Assembly (NCBI RefSeq): GCF_006345805.1
Contig: NC_043014.1
Coordinates: 38,006,001-38,070,000, forward strand
Source: Octopus sinensis
Taxonomy: Eukaryota
DNA: 64,000 nt
Direction of reading: 5' to 3'
The notes under the pieces were generated by a model. The model did not search any database and was not told the DNA's origin. It worked only from the letters and a program-made list of their open reading frames with translations. The first letter of the stretch is position 1; every line of letters begins with the position of its first letter. Positions 36,244 to 49,410 of the stretch are shown here, piece after piece. Both the position numbers and the translations under genes were made by a program.

Positions 36244-36572
36244 AAAGAAAGAGAGAGAAGAGAAAGCCCTCAAGTCAGTAGTGCACAGACATTGAACGAA
36301 TACTGCAAAGCGATTTTGCCACTATGTGCATCTCACAAAGGTTTGTTTGTGGGCACTTCCGTACCTGTAGATTGTACCAAACAAGCAACACTCCTTGCGG
36401 CATTCCCAAAGGCTTGCGAAATGTCCATAATCCTTGGTCTAAATGTTCTCCAGAAGAATCTACTCAAACCTTTTCGTTGGCACCCGGTATCACCCTCTCC
36501 CTTAAAATCAAAGTTGCTCATAAACTCCACTGGCCATCCATAGAATGAGTGATATTTCTGCTTAACCGTTTA

Positions 36573-37260
36573 GAGAGGCGTGTGGTTTAGTGGTTAGGGT
36601 GTTGGACGCATGATCGTAAGATTGTAGTTTCGATTCCTGGACCGGGCAATGCGTTGTGTTCTGGAGCAAAACACTACGGCATTGACCAGATGGTAGAATG
36701 CAATGAACAGCTGGCAGTGTTCCAGATGGCAAACATCCAAGCTCAGTTCGTGTTTGGCCTAGGATCACAATTCGGTCAAGGAGATAAACTGCCGGAAAAG
36801 CGTATCGTACGAGCGGTGACCACAATTATCCATCGTCATTGTCGTCCAGCAGTCTCTCATCAGTTTTATCTATCTCAGTGCATGCAGGATACGACGGCTC
36901 CTAGAAGTGGTTGATGGCAGCACATGGATCTCCTGACCAATAGAGCTTACGCGCCAGTTTGGGCAGATATTTCCTAGGACAGGGCATGGCAGTAATACCA
37001 TCAAAACTATACTGGAATTAGTTACTTCTGCTTAACCGTTTAGAGAGGCGTGTGGTTTAGTGGTTAAGGTGTTGGACTCATGATCGTAAGATCGTGGTTT
37101 CGATTCCTGGACCGGGCAATGCGTTGTGTTCTGGAGCAAAACACTTCATTTCACATTGCTCCAGTCCACTCAGCTGGCAAAAATGAATAATCCTGTGATG
37201 GACTGGCATCCCATCCAGGTGGGGAATATATGCGCCATGGATACCGGGAAACCAGTTTAT
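36573..37260 (+). mobile_element. SINE whose head is duplicated around a ~350-bp insert
   Basis: 36556-36675 and 37026-37145 are near-identical, including ~17 nt of upstream flank. Confidence 0.7.
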
Positions 37261-38287
37261 ATGGGTGGTGAGGGACCTTTACTTTTTTTTAATCTTTTAT
37301 CTTCTTTAACCGTTTAAATAGAACTTTATCTTGATGTATTTATCTGAATGAGACTGGTTCCTCAAATTGCGACCTTTACATAGTTTTTCTTTAAATGGAG
37401 GTCCAGTTTTATCCAAATCCAGATCGCATTACTCGGACTCGAGTTCAGTAAGAGAATCTGCTGTGCTACAGTGGGAGCATTGTCTTAGTATGATACAGAG
37501 GAATATTGTCTGTTCGGGATGTGGTTGGCTTCTTCAAGTGAAGGAAACAACATTCGGAAGTAAATAAAGAAACTTGAAACTGTCAAAGTAATCTCGAAAT
37601 AGAAACAAACAGGATATAGAGAATGAAAGAGAAAGCAGTACCAATAATAATAGAAGCACGAAGGGGGATGAAAAAAATGGAAATGAGCAAAAATATAAAT
37701 ACCATGTGAGAGCCAGCAATCCTATACATAGATCACCAAATAGTAAATTTTATTTTTGTTACTGTATTGTATTTTCTTACTCCCAGATATATTTTGACAA
37801 GGCCGTTGCATTTCTTGGGCTTGTTTTTTTTTCCATAATCTATGCATGTGTTGTGTGCATCTGTCATTGAAATAAGCACCGATGTAATTTTCTTTTGTTT
37901 GATCTTTTGTGATATTGTTACTCTGAAATGAAATATTCTTGTAACGGCGGTCAACATTACCCAATAGAAGTAACATATACACAAAATTTTGATATAATAA
38001 AGTGACAAACTGAAAAAGTACATAAAGGAAAATATCCACCCACGCCACAAGTGAGAACCAGAAAGTGAGCCAGATATATAGAGGAAGATTGTGAAAGAGT
38101 GGCAGCAAAATGGAGTTAGAGGAAAATTGTGAGAGAGAGAGGGGGTGCAAGAAAATACGAGAGAAAGATAGTGTGAATAACAGTGGGGGAAAACAAACCA
38201 CTTGCGAAAAAAAAAAGTTTGACTGTGTACGGTAGAAATGAAAATCCAAATAATGATAAAGAATGAGTACGATAATTAAAAGAGATT

Positions 38288-38702
38288 GGCAGCGAGCTGG
38301 CAGAAACGTTAGCACGCCGGGCGAAATGCGTAGCCGTATTTCGTCTGCCGTTATGTTCTGAGTTCAAATTCCGCCGAGGTCGACTTTGCCTTTCCTCCTA
38401 TCGGGGTCGATAAATTAAGTACCAGTTACGCAGTGGGGTCGATATAATCGACTTAATCTGTTTGTCTGTCCTTGTTTGTCCCCTCTGTGTTTAACCCCTT
38501 GTGGGTAGTAAAGAAATAGGAATTTCGTCTGCCGCTACGTTCTGAGTTCAAATTCCGCCGAGGTCGACTTTGCCTTTCATCCTTTCGGGGTCGATAAATT
38601 AAGTACCAGTTACGCACTGGGGTCGATGTAATCGACTTAATCTGTTTGTCTGTCCTTGTTTGTCCCTTCTGTGTTTAGCCCCTTGCGGGTAGTAAAGAAA
38701 TA
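38288..38702 (+). mobile_element. SINE family B (Nin/Deu-like domain), head-to-tail dimer
   Basis: GGCAGCGAGCTGGCAGAAACGTTAGC head; GACTTTGCCTTTCATCCTTTCGGGGTCGATAAATTAAGTACCAG domain occurs twice. Confidence 0.85.
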
Positions 38703-39045
38703 GATAATTAAAGATGACATGAATAGACTGTAATAAACACTTTTTATCCACCGACCTTTTTATCTAAACACATTACGTAGCAACAAATGCTGTACGCATT
38801 TTCCCCTCAGTGACAAAAACATTCAATATCACTGTGACAAAAAACATGAAATAACACGATCACAAGGCGATAACCTTCCCCCAACCAAAACAAAAATATA
38901 CATTTACCCCTCACTAAACACATACATTACTCAATTGAAAATAAATACTATAAAAATCAGGCTAAAAATAGCTAAACCCAAAGAAAAACATAACACTCTT
39001 TACAGTGTGTGTGTGTGTATATATATATACATACATGCATGCATA

Positions 39046-39231
39046 GGACAGACAAACGGATTAAGTAGATTACATCGACCCCAGTGGGTAACTTGTACTT
39101 ATTTAATCGACCCCGAAAGGATGAAAGGCAAAGTCGACCTCGGCGGAATTTGAACTCAGGACGTAACGGCAGACGAAATACGGCTACGCATTTCGCCCAC
39201 AGTGCTAACGTATCTGCCAGCTCGCCACCTT
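39046..39231 (-). mobile_element. SINE family B copy
   Basis: Reverse complement of the 38288 unit. Confidence 0.85.
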
Positions 39232-39233
39232 GA

Positions 39234-39266
<33 letters not shown>

Positions 39267-39280
39267 ATATATCTATATAT

Positions 39281-39584
39281 CACGTGACCACGTGACCGAC
39301 CAGGCTATATGCTGCTACACATCGCTGGTCACAATGCGCTTCGGATTGTTTTAGCCTATAAATGACGCCACCCCGCTGGCTAAGCGAGCAGGCCAACAGA
39401 AGAAAGAGTGAGAGAAAGTTGTGGTGAAAGAGTACAGCAGGGATCGCCACCACCCCCTGCCGGAGCCTCATGGAGCTTTAGGTGTTTTTCGCTCAATAAA
39501 CACTCACAACGCCCGGTCTGGGAATCGAAACCGCGATCCTACAACCGCGAGTCTGCTGCCCTAACCACTGGGCCATTGCACCTC

Positions 39585-39586
<2 letters not shown>
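39281..39586 (-). mobile_element. SINE family D
   Basis: Head TGGAGGTGCAATGGCCCAGTGGTTAGGGCAGC; near-identical copy at 52845-53149. Confidence 0.85.
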
Positions 39587-39625
<39 letters not shown>

Positions 39626-39642
39626 GTATATATATATATGTG

Positions 39643-39684
<42 letters not shown>

Positions 39685-39700
39685 TATATATATTATATAT

Positions 39701-39755
<55 letters not shown>

Positions 39756-39976
39756 TTATATATATCCCAAAATAAGCAACAGGATAAAAAGAGGTGATTC
39801 AATATGCCCATTAAAAGCGACTCCATTTAATTGAACAATGCAATCATTACATCAATTTAAATGCAGAGCTATCCTCAGCTGCATAAATAAATAAATGGAA
39901 TATGTTTAATCAGCTGGACACATTGATATAATTATAGTTTCACAGGGGTATATAATTAGGAGGCTTACTACACAAA

Positions 39977-40127
39977 GGCCATTACAAAATACATATTATG
40001 ATTAGTAGGGTAGAACATCATACAAAGGAGTAAATGAATAAATTATGTTTGCGATGCTTAAACTATTTATTTATTCCTTTCTATGATGTTCTACCCTACT
40101 AATCATAATATGTATTTTATAATGGCC
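39977..40127. repeat. Fold-back inverted repeat, ~65-bp arms with ~20-nt loop
   Basis: GGCCATTACAAAATACATATTATGATTAGTAGGGTAGAACATCATA... pairs with ...TATGATGTTCTACCCTACTAATCATAATATGTATTTTATAATGGCC. Confidence 0.9.
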
Positions 40128-41049
40128 TATAAAATCATGCATGTAATAACAAAGGTAACTTTATAACATATAAAATACCCGTTCGGTCCGAATACCTCCT
40201 ACTCCCCTCACTACAACCATACCTATTATTTCTTCTGTGGGATTACTTCTCCTACCTCAAATTTTAATACTCTGTCTCTTAAAAATGTAACTTATATACA
40301 CATGTTATCTATACACACATATATATATACATTTTATCTATTCTGGTTATAATATCATTTTTAACCTTAAATTTTATCTTTATACAACATAACAATATCG
40401 TTTATATACTATAATTCCTAGTACCCCATGATAATTTCCTCTGTATTAAGATCATAGGTTTTATTAGCGTCTTGCCCCTTTAACTAGTAATTAACATCTT
40501 GATTTGGGGTATTCCCCTACCCAGCCTCCTTTGTAGAAGTTACTTTTATACTAATCCTAAAATCCTGACGATATTTAAGACCATACCCAGCTATGCGCTG
40601 TCAACTCACTCCTTCCCTCCAGAACTATTTGAAATTTTCAAAAATCAAATCACTTTGTAAAATATACGACTATATCCTCAAGCGCAGGCGTAATTCTGTG
40701 GTAAGAACCTTGCTTCCCAACCGCATGCGTCCGGGTTCAGTCCAACTGTCTTGTACAATAGCCTCGGGCCGACGAAAGTGTTGTGAGTGAATTTGGTTGA
40801 AGGAAAGAAGCTCGTCAAATACATAGCAATGTAGGTGCTTCGGCAGCTTCAGTCACACTTGGTGACGGTTAAACTTTTCTTTTATGGTATCAGATTGCAC
40901 CAAGCTGCTTGTATAAATTTTTACTACACACACACATATATATCTATATTACACACACATACACACACACACATATATATATATATATGTGTGTATATAT
41001 ATATAATATAATATAATATAATATAATATAATATAATATAATATAATAT

Positions 41050-41225
41050 AATATAAAATCCGTTCTGTCTGTCTGTGTGTCTTCTAGGATCTCGGGCATC
41101 CTCCATCCGATTGCGCTCAAATTTGATATGTAGATACCGACGGTATCAGGGCGTGTATAAGTCTTGAAAAAATTTCAAAAATCGATTCCAGGTGAGAATG
41201 CGATCGATAAAGCCGTGGGAACGTG
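41050..41225 (+). mobile_element. Helitron-type non-autonomous terminal fragment
   Basis: ATATAAAATCCGTTCTGTCTGTCTG...CCGATTGCGCTCAAATTTG terminal pattern; a similar pattern occurs at 44380-44560. Confidence 0.45.
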
Positions 41226-41589
41226 TATTTGTACGTGCAAGTACAATAGCTGTTGCGATCGATATTACACGTACACGAGAAAAATACATGCAGTTTGCGC
41301 AAAAAAGCCGACTGGCTTGAAATAATGCCACAAAATGCAGTATATTTAAGAGACCAAAAATGTAAGATGCAAAAGAGATATTTTCTTCAAACTTGACATG
41401 AAAGAAGGAAGGACTATTTGGTTTCTCAAGAAGTTTTTTTTTTGCCTTAACTTCGTTTAACAAAACCAAAAATTTTATTGAAATAAAGGCATGCTTAATT
41501 ATGTTTTAATGAAAAGAAAACACAGATTGCTTTTTATTCGGCAGATATGATTCAGCACTGCCCATTGGACGAGAGGCGTTTTGCTCGAA

Positions 41590-44380
41590 TATATATAGAG
41601 AGAGTGGGAATTTACAAAAAAACAAAACAAAAGACGAAGGCGGGTCTGTAAACAGCAAACAGATGTATTAGTTTAACACTCGAGAAGTGAGAAAGTCTTT
41701 TACGTTTCGAGCCTACGCTCTTCAACAGAAAGGAACACAGAAATAAACAGAGAGAGAAAATAAAAAAGGTATAGTGGCTAGCGACCAATCATGGTGAGTG
41801 ACGGACAGAGGTGGTCAAACAGGAGAGCTAGGAAGAAGAAGTGATAAAAAAGTAGTGGTGATCCCAAAACGAAGGTGTGCGTGCGTGTGTATGAGAGCGT
41901 GTATGTGCGTGTGAGTAGGGCTGGTGACCTTGACATGTGCATGTGCTCATGTGTAGGTGTGTGGATGATGGTGTGGGTGCTGGGAAGTGGTCAGTGCTAG
42001 TGTGTGCAGGGTCCTGTGATGTGGTGGGGTGTGGTGTGGTGGTGTGTGGTGTGATGTGGTGGTATGTGGTGTGATGTGGTGGTGTGTGGTGTGGTGGTGT
42101 TGAGGTGTAGGAGAGGCGAAGGTGGAGAAGCAAGGATGGGGAGTGGCTTGGAGTGAGGTAGGGTAGGGATGGGGTATGTGGGGTAGGGATGGTGGGATGG
42201 GAATGTGACAATGAATGTGACGAGGGGTTTACGATGAAGGGAGAGGGTGGAAGGGAGAAGGTGGGTAGGAGACAAGAGAGGAAGTAGGTGTCAGAGCAAG
42301 AGAGAAGAGGAGAGGTGGGTGGGAGTGAAGGGAGGAAATAGGTGTGAGAGGAAGAGAGGAAAGAGAAGGGTGTTAGATGAAGAGGGAAAGAGTTGAGTCC
42401 ATGTGGCTCAAATGATCGAACGGAGAACATTAATTCTTGTTCACGGCGAAGACAGGAGTCTTGATGGCAAGGACAATCCGAACACAGACAGGTGTTATAA
42501 AGAGTGACCGGTAGAGCGGAAATTGCGCGAGACTGAGGTATCGTTGCCGAATCTGATGTCTCGGAGGTATTCCGCGAACCGGCCAGCCAAGCGGTGTCCC
42601 GTTTGACCGATGCACAGAGAAGGGCAGAGAGAGCAGGAGATGCAGTAGTTGACGTTGCTAGAAGTGCAGGTGAAGGAGTCAGTGATATGATAGGGTCGAT
42701 GATGGGTGCCAGTTAGGATGGCGGTGTTGGAGAGGTTAGGGCAAGTGTGGCAGCATGAGAACAAGCCGTGTTGGGAGGTTGGGTTAGGGATTAAACTGTG
42801 GGCCAGGAGGTCACGTAGGTTGTGGGTTCATTTGAAGGAGGTGAAGGATCGGTTAGGGAAGATGTGGAGGGGTCGGCCTGGAGTCGCTGGAAGGCTCGGA
42901 GAATGGTGCGTTGGAGAGATATGGTGGAGGGGTGGTAGGTGAGAGGAAACTGGAGACGGGTAACGGCGGGGCGGGTGCGGGGGTATAGAGCAGATGCACG
43001 GTCCACCAAAGTGCTCTGGCAAGGGTGGTGTGGATAGTGGTGAGGGGATATCCACGTAGGATGAAGTGGCGAGCTATGAGTTGAGACTGAGTCTCAAAGT
43101 CATGGTTATCACTGCAGAGCCTGCGCAGACGGAGGAATCGGGAATAGGGGATGGAGAGCTTGGTGTGTTTAGAGTGGGAGGAGGAGAAGTCGAGGCATGA
43201 GTGTGAGTCTGTGTGTTTATAGTAGATGGACGTGGTGAGGGTGGAGTGATGAATGCTGACCGAAATGTCGAGAAAGGCAACGGAAGCGTCGGAAATAGTG
43301 CAGAAGAAGTGGAAGGCAGGATTAAAAAATTGGAGAAAAGGGATGAAGGAGTCTAGTTGTGCGCGGGGGAGTAAGGTCGCACCGATACAGTCATCAATAT
43401 AACGACTGTATAGTTCGGGAGTGGGACCAGCAACACGTGAGAATATTCAGCTTTCAACGTAGCTAACGAACAGGTTCGCATAGCTGGGGCCCATTCTCGT
43501 TTAGAGAGTTTAGAGGGGCCAGGAGGGAAGGAGAAAGAGTTGAACAGACGAATAGCATGGTTGGTGACATGGATGTGAGAGGGGAGGGAAGCCATTAGGG
43601 AGGTGAGAACACAGTCAAGGTCTCTGGAGATGAGTTTGGTGGGGCAGTTGCAGGTGGAGATGAAGGGGCGGCCAGGGTTGTTAGGTTTGTGGATTTTGGG
43701 GAGGAAGTAAATTGTGGGGATATGAGGGATACGGACAATGAGGTTGGAGGCGGTGAGGGGAGACGGGGGGAGGAGATGAGGTCATGGATAGTGGAGGACA
43801 CCATTTGTTGGTGGCTGGGCGTGGGTTTGGAGGGCAGAAGGCAGTAGAAGGAGGTGTGTTAAAGTTGGCGGAGAGCTTCGGCCGTGTAGAGGTCCGCGCG
43901 CCACACCACCACGGCTCCACCCTTGTCGGCCGGTTTTATGATGATGTCTTTGCGGCATCGGAGACATTGAAGGGCCGAGAGTTCGACTGGGACTGATGTT
44001 CAAATGTTGAGGACACCGGGAAAAGTCAAAACCAGTTCACAAAAAGATTGATTGCTTAGAACTGGCCAGGAACTGGCGTCCACTGGTATGACCGGCGGCC
44101 CAGGTCGGTGAAGAAGTCCTCCGCATTAGATGTAGGTGGAGTGTCGCGGAATAGTGCACACAACCTAACACGGTACACGAAGCCGTGGATATCAGCACGA
44201 GTCCGAAATTTGTAGCTGGATGAAACGAGGGGGATGAAGCACTGGCCCCTACTGAGAAGGGAGCGGTCCGCCTCAGAGAGGGACAGATCTGGAGGAATGG
44301 TAACAACAGACTGAAGTGAAGAAGGGGTGGTTGGGACAAAAGTGGGAGGGGTGGTGGGGTAGTGGAAGGTTGGGAGGGAT
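41590..44380 (-). mobile_element. Degenerate near-complete Penelope-like element (RT + GIY-YIG) with 3' hammerhead
   Basis: Motifs in order: LSEADRSLLSRG..FIP; YFLPKIHKPNNPGRP; MGPSYANLF; RYIDD; FLDISVSI..IYYK.TDSH; FTCTSSNV.YCISC..C..IGQTG.RL..RF.E. Multiple frameshifts. Confidence 0.9.
41696..41732 (-). ncRNA. Minimal hammerhead ribozyme-like motif (CUGUUGA core, GUA cleavage triplet)
   Basis: Reverse complement: CTTT CTGTTGA A GAGC GTAG GCTC GAAAC GTA AAAGA, located at the 3' end of the PLE. Confidence 0.6.
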
Positions 44381-44796
44381 ATATCTCTATATATAAAACT
44401 GAAATGCGTTTTTACCGCTTGGATCGCTTTCAATGCCACTACATCTCGTCCGATTCGCTCCAAAATTTACAGGGACATGTAGAATGAAGTGACGAAGCTC
44501 GTGGGCTACCTTAGAAACCCCTATCTTAAAAGGTGTGGTTGCTAGGGGCCATCGTCCTCACTCACGCTATTCCCTCCTTTCCCTCTCTTACTCCCCTTCA
44601 TTATAACTTTGAGAAGTCCACTACGGTTATTTAATGTATTCCCCTCAACTCCCTTTCACTTTCCCTTTATAAGTTCGTCAGGCGGCTTTCTTTGATGTAT
44701 CTGTTTGCATTCATAGGGAGAATTATCGCTACCAACAACACACAATCATGAGAACAAATAGTATGAATCAGATATTCTTGCGTTCATTTATATATC

Positions 44797-45030
44797 TGTG
44801 TGTGTGTGTGTGTGTGTGTGTGTTCTATATATAAATATGTATATATAATGTATGTGTGTGTGTGTGTGTTCTATATATAAATATGTATATATAATGTATG
44901 TGTGTGTGTGTGTTCTATATATAAATATGTATATATAATGTATGTGTGTGTGTGTGTTCTATATATAAATATGTATATATAATGTATGTGTGTGTGTGTT
45001 CTATATATAAATATGTATATATAATGTATA
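44797..45030. repeat. Minisatellite, 5 units of (TG)nTTCTATATATAAATATGTATATATAATGTA
   Basis: Directly visible; the units differ only in TG count. Confidence 0.9.
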
Positions 45031-45319
45031 TATACAAAGTGTATATATCTGTATTTATGTATATTAAACTTTTTCATACTTTTTCATAGTTATATATATT
45101 TTTAAACAAATTATAAATATAATTTAATAATTTTTATTTTCAATTTAAATAATTTAAATTTTTCAGTTTTATATTTTATATATTTTCTATATTATATATT
45201 TTTTTTAATGTTTTTGTTTTTGGTTTTTCACTGTTTGATTTGCCTATTAGTGGTTTTATCTCTAATTTAATTTATTCAGATATATATCTCATTTGTATAC
45301 ATTTGTATATATAATGCGT

Positions 45320-45362
<43 letters not shown>

Positions 45363-46179
45363 ATGTGTGCATTACGTAGTCGGTCGATTCAGCTGAAAAT
45401 ATGCACACCTATGTTAAAAGTGCTGGCAAAATTTGCATGACAACTATTTTTTTCCTCAAATGAAAGGCATCACCTCTAGGACAAAATTCCTCATCTTATA
45501 AAATGTGGCCCCAGTAGACCCGAATGAAATCGGGTTATATTAACCAAAATGTGAAAAGGGGTCTAAATGGGGCTGGAAGGGGATTAAAATTTGAAGGAGC
45601 GGGTGTTTAGGAATTCTCTGTTACATCAAGCTAAAAAAATTGCGCCAGCCTTTTAATCGTCAATGTGTTGCCGTCCATGATGAAGAAGTTTTGAATGCTT
45701 GCCATCGTGAGTCTACTGTCGTGAGAAAGAATCACTTCAAAACTTGGTGCTTACGAATTTTCTTTTACATCAAGTTCAAAATGTTACGCCAGCCATTAAA
45801 CTGTCACTACGTTGCTGTCCGTCGTTAAGAAATGCCAGCCATGGTGACTCTACTATCCTCAGATTCTATCCCTTCAAACTTTGGTTTCCAATATTTTATT
45901 ATTTTTATTCAGCTCGCAAGTTCGTCTGTCCCTTTTAAATGTTAGCGTTTTGCTGTCTGCCTTGAAGCAGACCTTTCCATTGCCACTGCCTCATATTTCT
46001 GATTGATCTTTCTAAATATTTTATTTCTCAACTTACTCAAGATCTTCTGTTGTTTATAAATGGGAGAGAGATAGATAAAGATAGAGAGTAAGAGAAAGCG
46101 CGGGAGAGTCCGAGAGAAAAGAAAAGTAAGAGAGTGGGAAAGTGAGAGAGAAAGGAGAGAGAAACAAATACGGAGAATC

Positions 46180-46490
46180 ATCATCATCATCATCGTTTAA
46201 CGTCCGTTTTCCGTGCTAGCACGGGTTGGACAGTGTGACCGGGGTCTAGGAAGCCAGGAGGCTGCACCAGGATCCAGTCTGATCTGGCAGTGTTTCTACA
46301 GGTGGATGACCTTCCTAACGCCAACCACTCTGTGAGTGTAGTGGGTGCTTTTTTCGTGCCGCCTGCACAGGTGCCAGGGGGTCTCGCAGCGGCAACGATC
46401 GGTTGGTGCTTTTTACGTGCCACCGGCACAGAAGCAAGTCAAGGCGGCGCTGCAATCGGCCACGTTCGGATGGTGCTTTTTACGTGCTGA
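46180..46490 (-). mobile_element. RTE-related 3' end / short interspersed element with (TGA)n tail
   Basis: Plus strand (ATC)n then GTTTAACGTCCG...TTTCTACAGGTGGATGACCTTCCTAACGCCAACC; internal GGTGCTTTT(T)ACGTGC-like motif three times. Confidence 0.65.
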
Positions 46491-46554
46491 AAGGAAGCAA
46501 CAGAAAGTAACAACCACACTCTTACCCGCGCGTAGAGCGGGTTACCTTCAGCTA

Positions 46555-46599
<45 letters not shown>

Positions 46600-46679
46600 C
46601 ATATTGCAACCGTGAAATCAAAAGCATAATTAGGATAACTTAATGAACTTTAGATGATGTATGAAATAACACCTGACAC

Positions 46680-47025
46680 AGGTCTTTTCCTTGGAAGCAA
46701 AGGTTTGTGAGTGGATTTGGTAGATGGAAAGTGAAAGAAGCCCGTCGTATATATGTATGTGTGTGTGTGTGTGTGTGTGTGTATGTGAATGTATGTATGT
46801 ATGTATGTATGTATGTATATATATATTTATGTGTGTCTGGGTCTGTGTTAGTCCCCATGCCAACGCTTGTCAACCGATGCTAGTGTGTTTATGTGCCGGT
46901 AACTTAGCGGTTCAGCCTAAGAGAATGATAAAATAAGTACTAGGCTTATAAAGATCGATCTGTTCGAGATTAAAACCCTTTAAGGCTGTGCTCTAGCATG
47001 GCCGCAATCAAATGATTGAAACGAA
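46680..47025 (+). mobile_element. SINE family C copy
   Basis: GTGAGTGGATTTGGTAGATGGAAA..GAAAGAAGCCCGTCGTATAT, TG tract and 3' body. Confidence 0.8.
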
Positions 47026-48384
47026 TATAATACATACACACACACATACACACACACACGTATGTATACATGGACATATGTGTACGTATATGTTTATGTA
47101 TTTGTGTGTTTGTGTGAGTGTGTGTGAGAGAGAGAGAGGGAGAGGGAGGGAGGGAGGGAGAGAAGGTAAATAAAAACCCTCGGTACGTCATCATAAATGT
47201 AAGTTTCGAGTTACCGCCCTTTAACGTTCTGCATTCATTGTAAATATACTACGTTTAGTTTTACCTTCTGTTTATCCCTACAGAATCAATAAAACAAATG
47301 TCAGTGAGGTGTTTGGGATTATGTGTGATAGATTCGATTCACCCGCCACATTTGTGACCTCGTGTCTTTTAAAGTAATCAATATAATTTTAATTATTTCG
47401 GCAATTAGGGGAGACAAGACCAAACATATATGTTCCTCCGCACACACACACACACACACACAGAAACACACTGAGTTTCATCTGGTGCCTATATCCGACA
47501 CTATTATTTTTGTATGTGAAAGGCACGACGGAGCGATTTAAATGAATGAATTATTGCTTAATGAATGAATGAGCGATAGAATAAACTGCTGGTTCGCCGT
47601 TATCATTACTTCTACTGCTGCTTGCTAGACGTAACACCACACCGTCTTAAACTGCTTAAGATTATCGACTGCTTTTCGTTGCAGCTGCGACCGGCTCTGC
47701 TAGTCTATTGTCGATATTCTGAAGCAGCTGAAAATTACTGCTAAACAGGACGTAACGAATCAGTGTTGACTGTACTTTTGATTAATTCTCTCACTCTCGG
47801 ATAGAGTAAGTAACGGTTGTACGACTACTACGTTTTCCCCAAACTTTACTACATTGGCCATTAAGATAATGTGAATTATGCCGACATAAACACAGTCTAC
47901 AAGGAAAGTTGGCATTGCAAATGGAGTAGATTACAGGAAGGGAAACTCAAGCGAGAGTGGATTTTCTAAGCAAATCAGGCTCTTATATGATGTAAGCAAG
48001 ATTATTTATTTGTCCTCTTGTTTGTTTATTTTTTCTATTTATTTTATGTTTGCTTTTCATTGTGGGGGGTGGGGGGGTCTGTCAAAATATTTTCAATCGT
48101 GGAAAACGATTTCAACAGCGAATTCTAACATAAACACTCAGTTAAAAATCATCCACATTGAAGGGGTATAGTTACCGTTTGCAAAGCTTGAACCTTGAAC
48201 GTAAAGGTGTATAATCTAAACACAGGGCGGTATTTACCTATGTCCAGCACGTTACCAACACTGCAAATTTCCGACGCGTTTATGATATCTTTATCAATAA
48301 CCATATTTTTTTTTTTTTTACATACTCACAAAACAGCCACGAATTTAGAAACAAAGAACGGTCGTTTATATTTGTTTCAAATTT

Positions 48385-48575
48385 TGGCGCAAGGCCAGCA
48401 ATTTCGGAGAAGGGGGCTAGTCGATTACGTCGACCTCAGTGCTCAACTGGTATTTATTTTAATGACCCCCGAAAGGAATGAAAAGCAAAGTCGACCTCGG
48501 CGGAATTAGAACTCAAAACGTAAAAACGGACGAAATGCCGCTAATCATTTTGCCCGTCTGCTAACTCGCCGCCTA
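48385..48575 (-). mobile_element. SINE family B, diverged copy
   Basis: CCCCGAAAGGAATGAAAAGCAAAGTCGACCTCGGCGGAATT; a second, older relic lies at ~48630-48725. Confidence 0.75.
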
Positions 48576-48784
48576 AACAGTCGTTTATATTGGCCCTAGT
48601 ATTTCCCTAGACTTTAGTCATTGACACCAAAATTATGAAATGCAAAGTTGATTTCAGCAGAATTTCATGCCAGAACGTAGTCAGAACTAAATATCTGCAA
48701 GGCACTTTGTTCGGCGCGCTAACATTTTTATAGAACCCCACTTTCGTTTTAGTAATCATAATAATCAGGTCTAACAAATTTAGT

Positions 48785-48939
48785 AGTGGCTGTATGGTAA
48801 GTAGCTTGCTTACCAACCACATGGTTCCGAGTTCATTCCCACTGTATGGCACCTTGGGCAATTGTCTTCTACTATAGCCTCGGGCGACCAAAGCCTGGTG
48901 AATGGATTTGGTAGACGGAAACTGAAAGAAGCCCGTCGT

Positions 48940-48979
<40 letters not shown>

Positions 48980-49117
48980 GAATACAATATATATATACTG
49001 AACTTCAGAAGTTCCTGCCGCTAATGGTTATATTTACATGCCGAAATCTACCTGTAAATAATTGTTGGTTTTTTGAAAAACCATCGAAGAAATTATTTAC
49101 TCTTATTATTATTATAT

Positions 49118-49178
<61 letters not shown>

Positions 49179-49410
49179 GCATGTATGTATGTGTGTGTAT
49201 ATATGTGTGTGTCTGTGCTTGTCACCCCAGCATCATTTGACAACCGATGGTGGTGTGTTTACGTTCCCGTAACTTAGCGGTTCGGCAAAAAGAGACCGAT
49301 AGAATAAGTACTAGGCTTCCAAAGAATAAGTCCTGGCGTTGCTCGACTAAAAGGCGGTGCTCCAGCATGGCCGCAGTCAAATGACTGAAACAAGTAAAAG
49401 AGTAAAAGAG
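48785..49410 (+). mobile_element. SINE family C, full length with interrupted TA centre
   Basis: Head GTGGCTGTATGGTAAGTAGCTTGC..GAGTTCATTCC; tail AAACAAGTAAAAGAGTAAAAGAG. Confidence 0.8.

Noticed and set aside
37367-37567. Short ORF with CSGCG, possibly a zinc-binding transposase N-terminus
   Set aside because: It has a single CxxC, no second ligand pair and no downstream catalytic motifs, which is too little to call.
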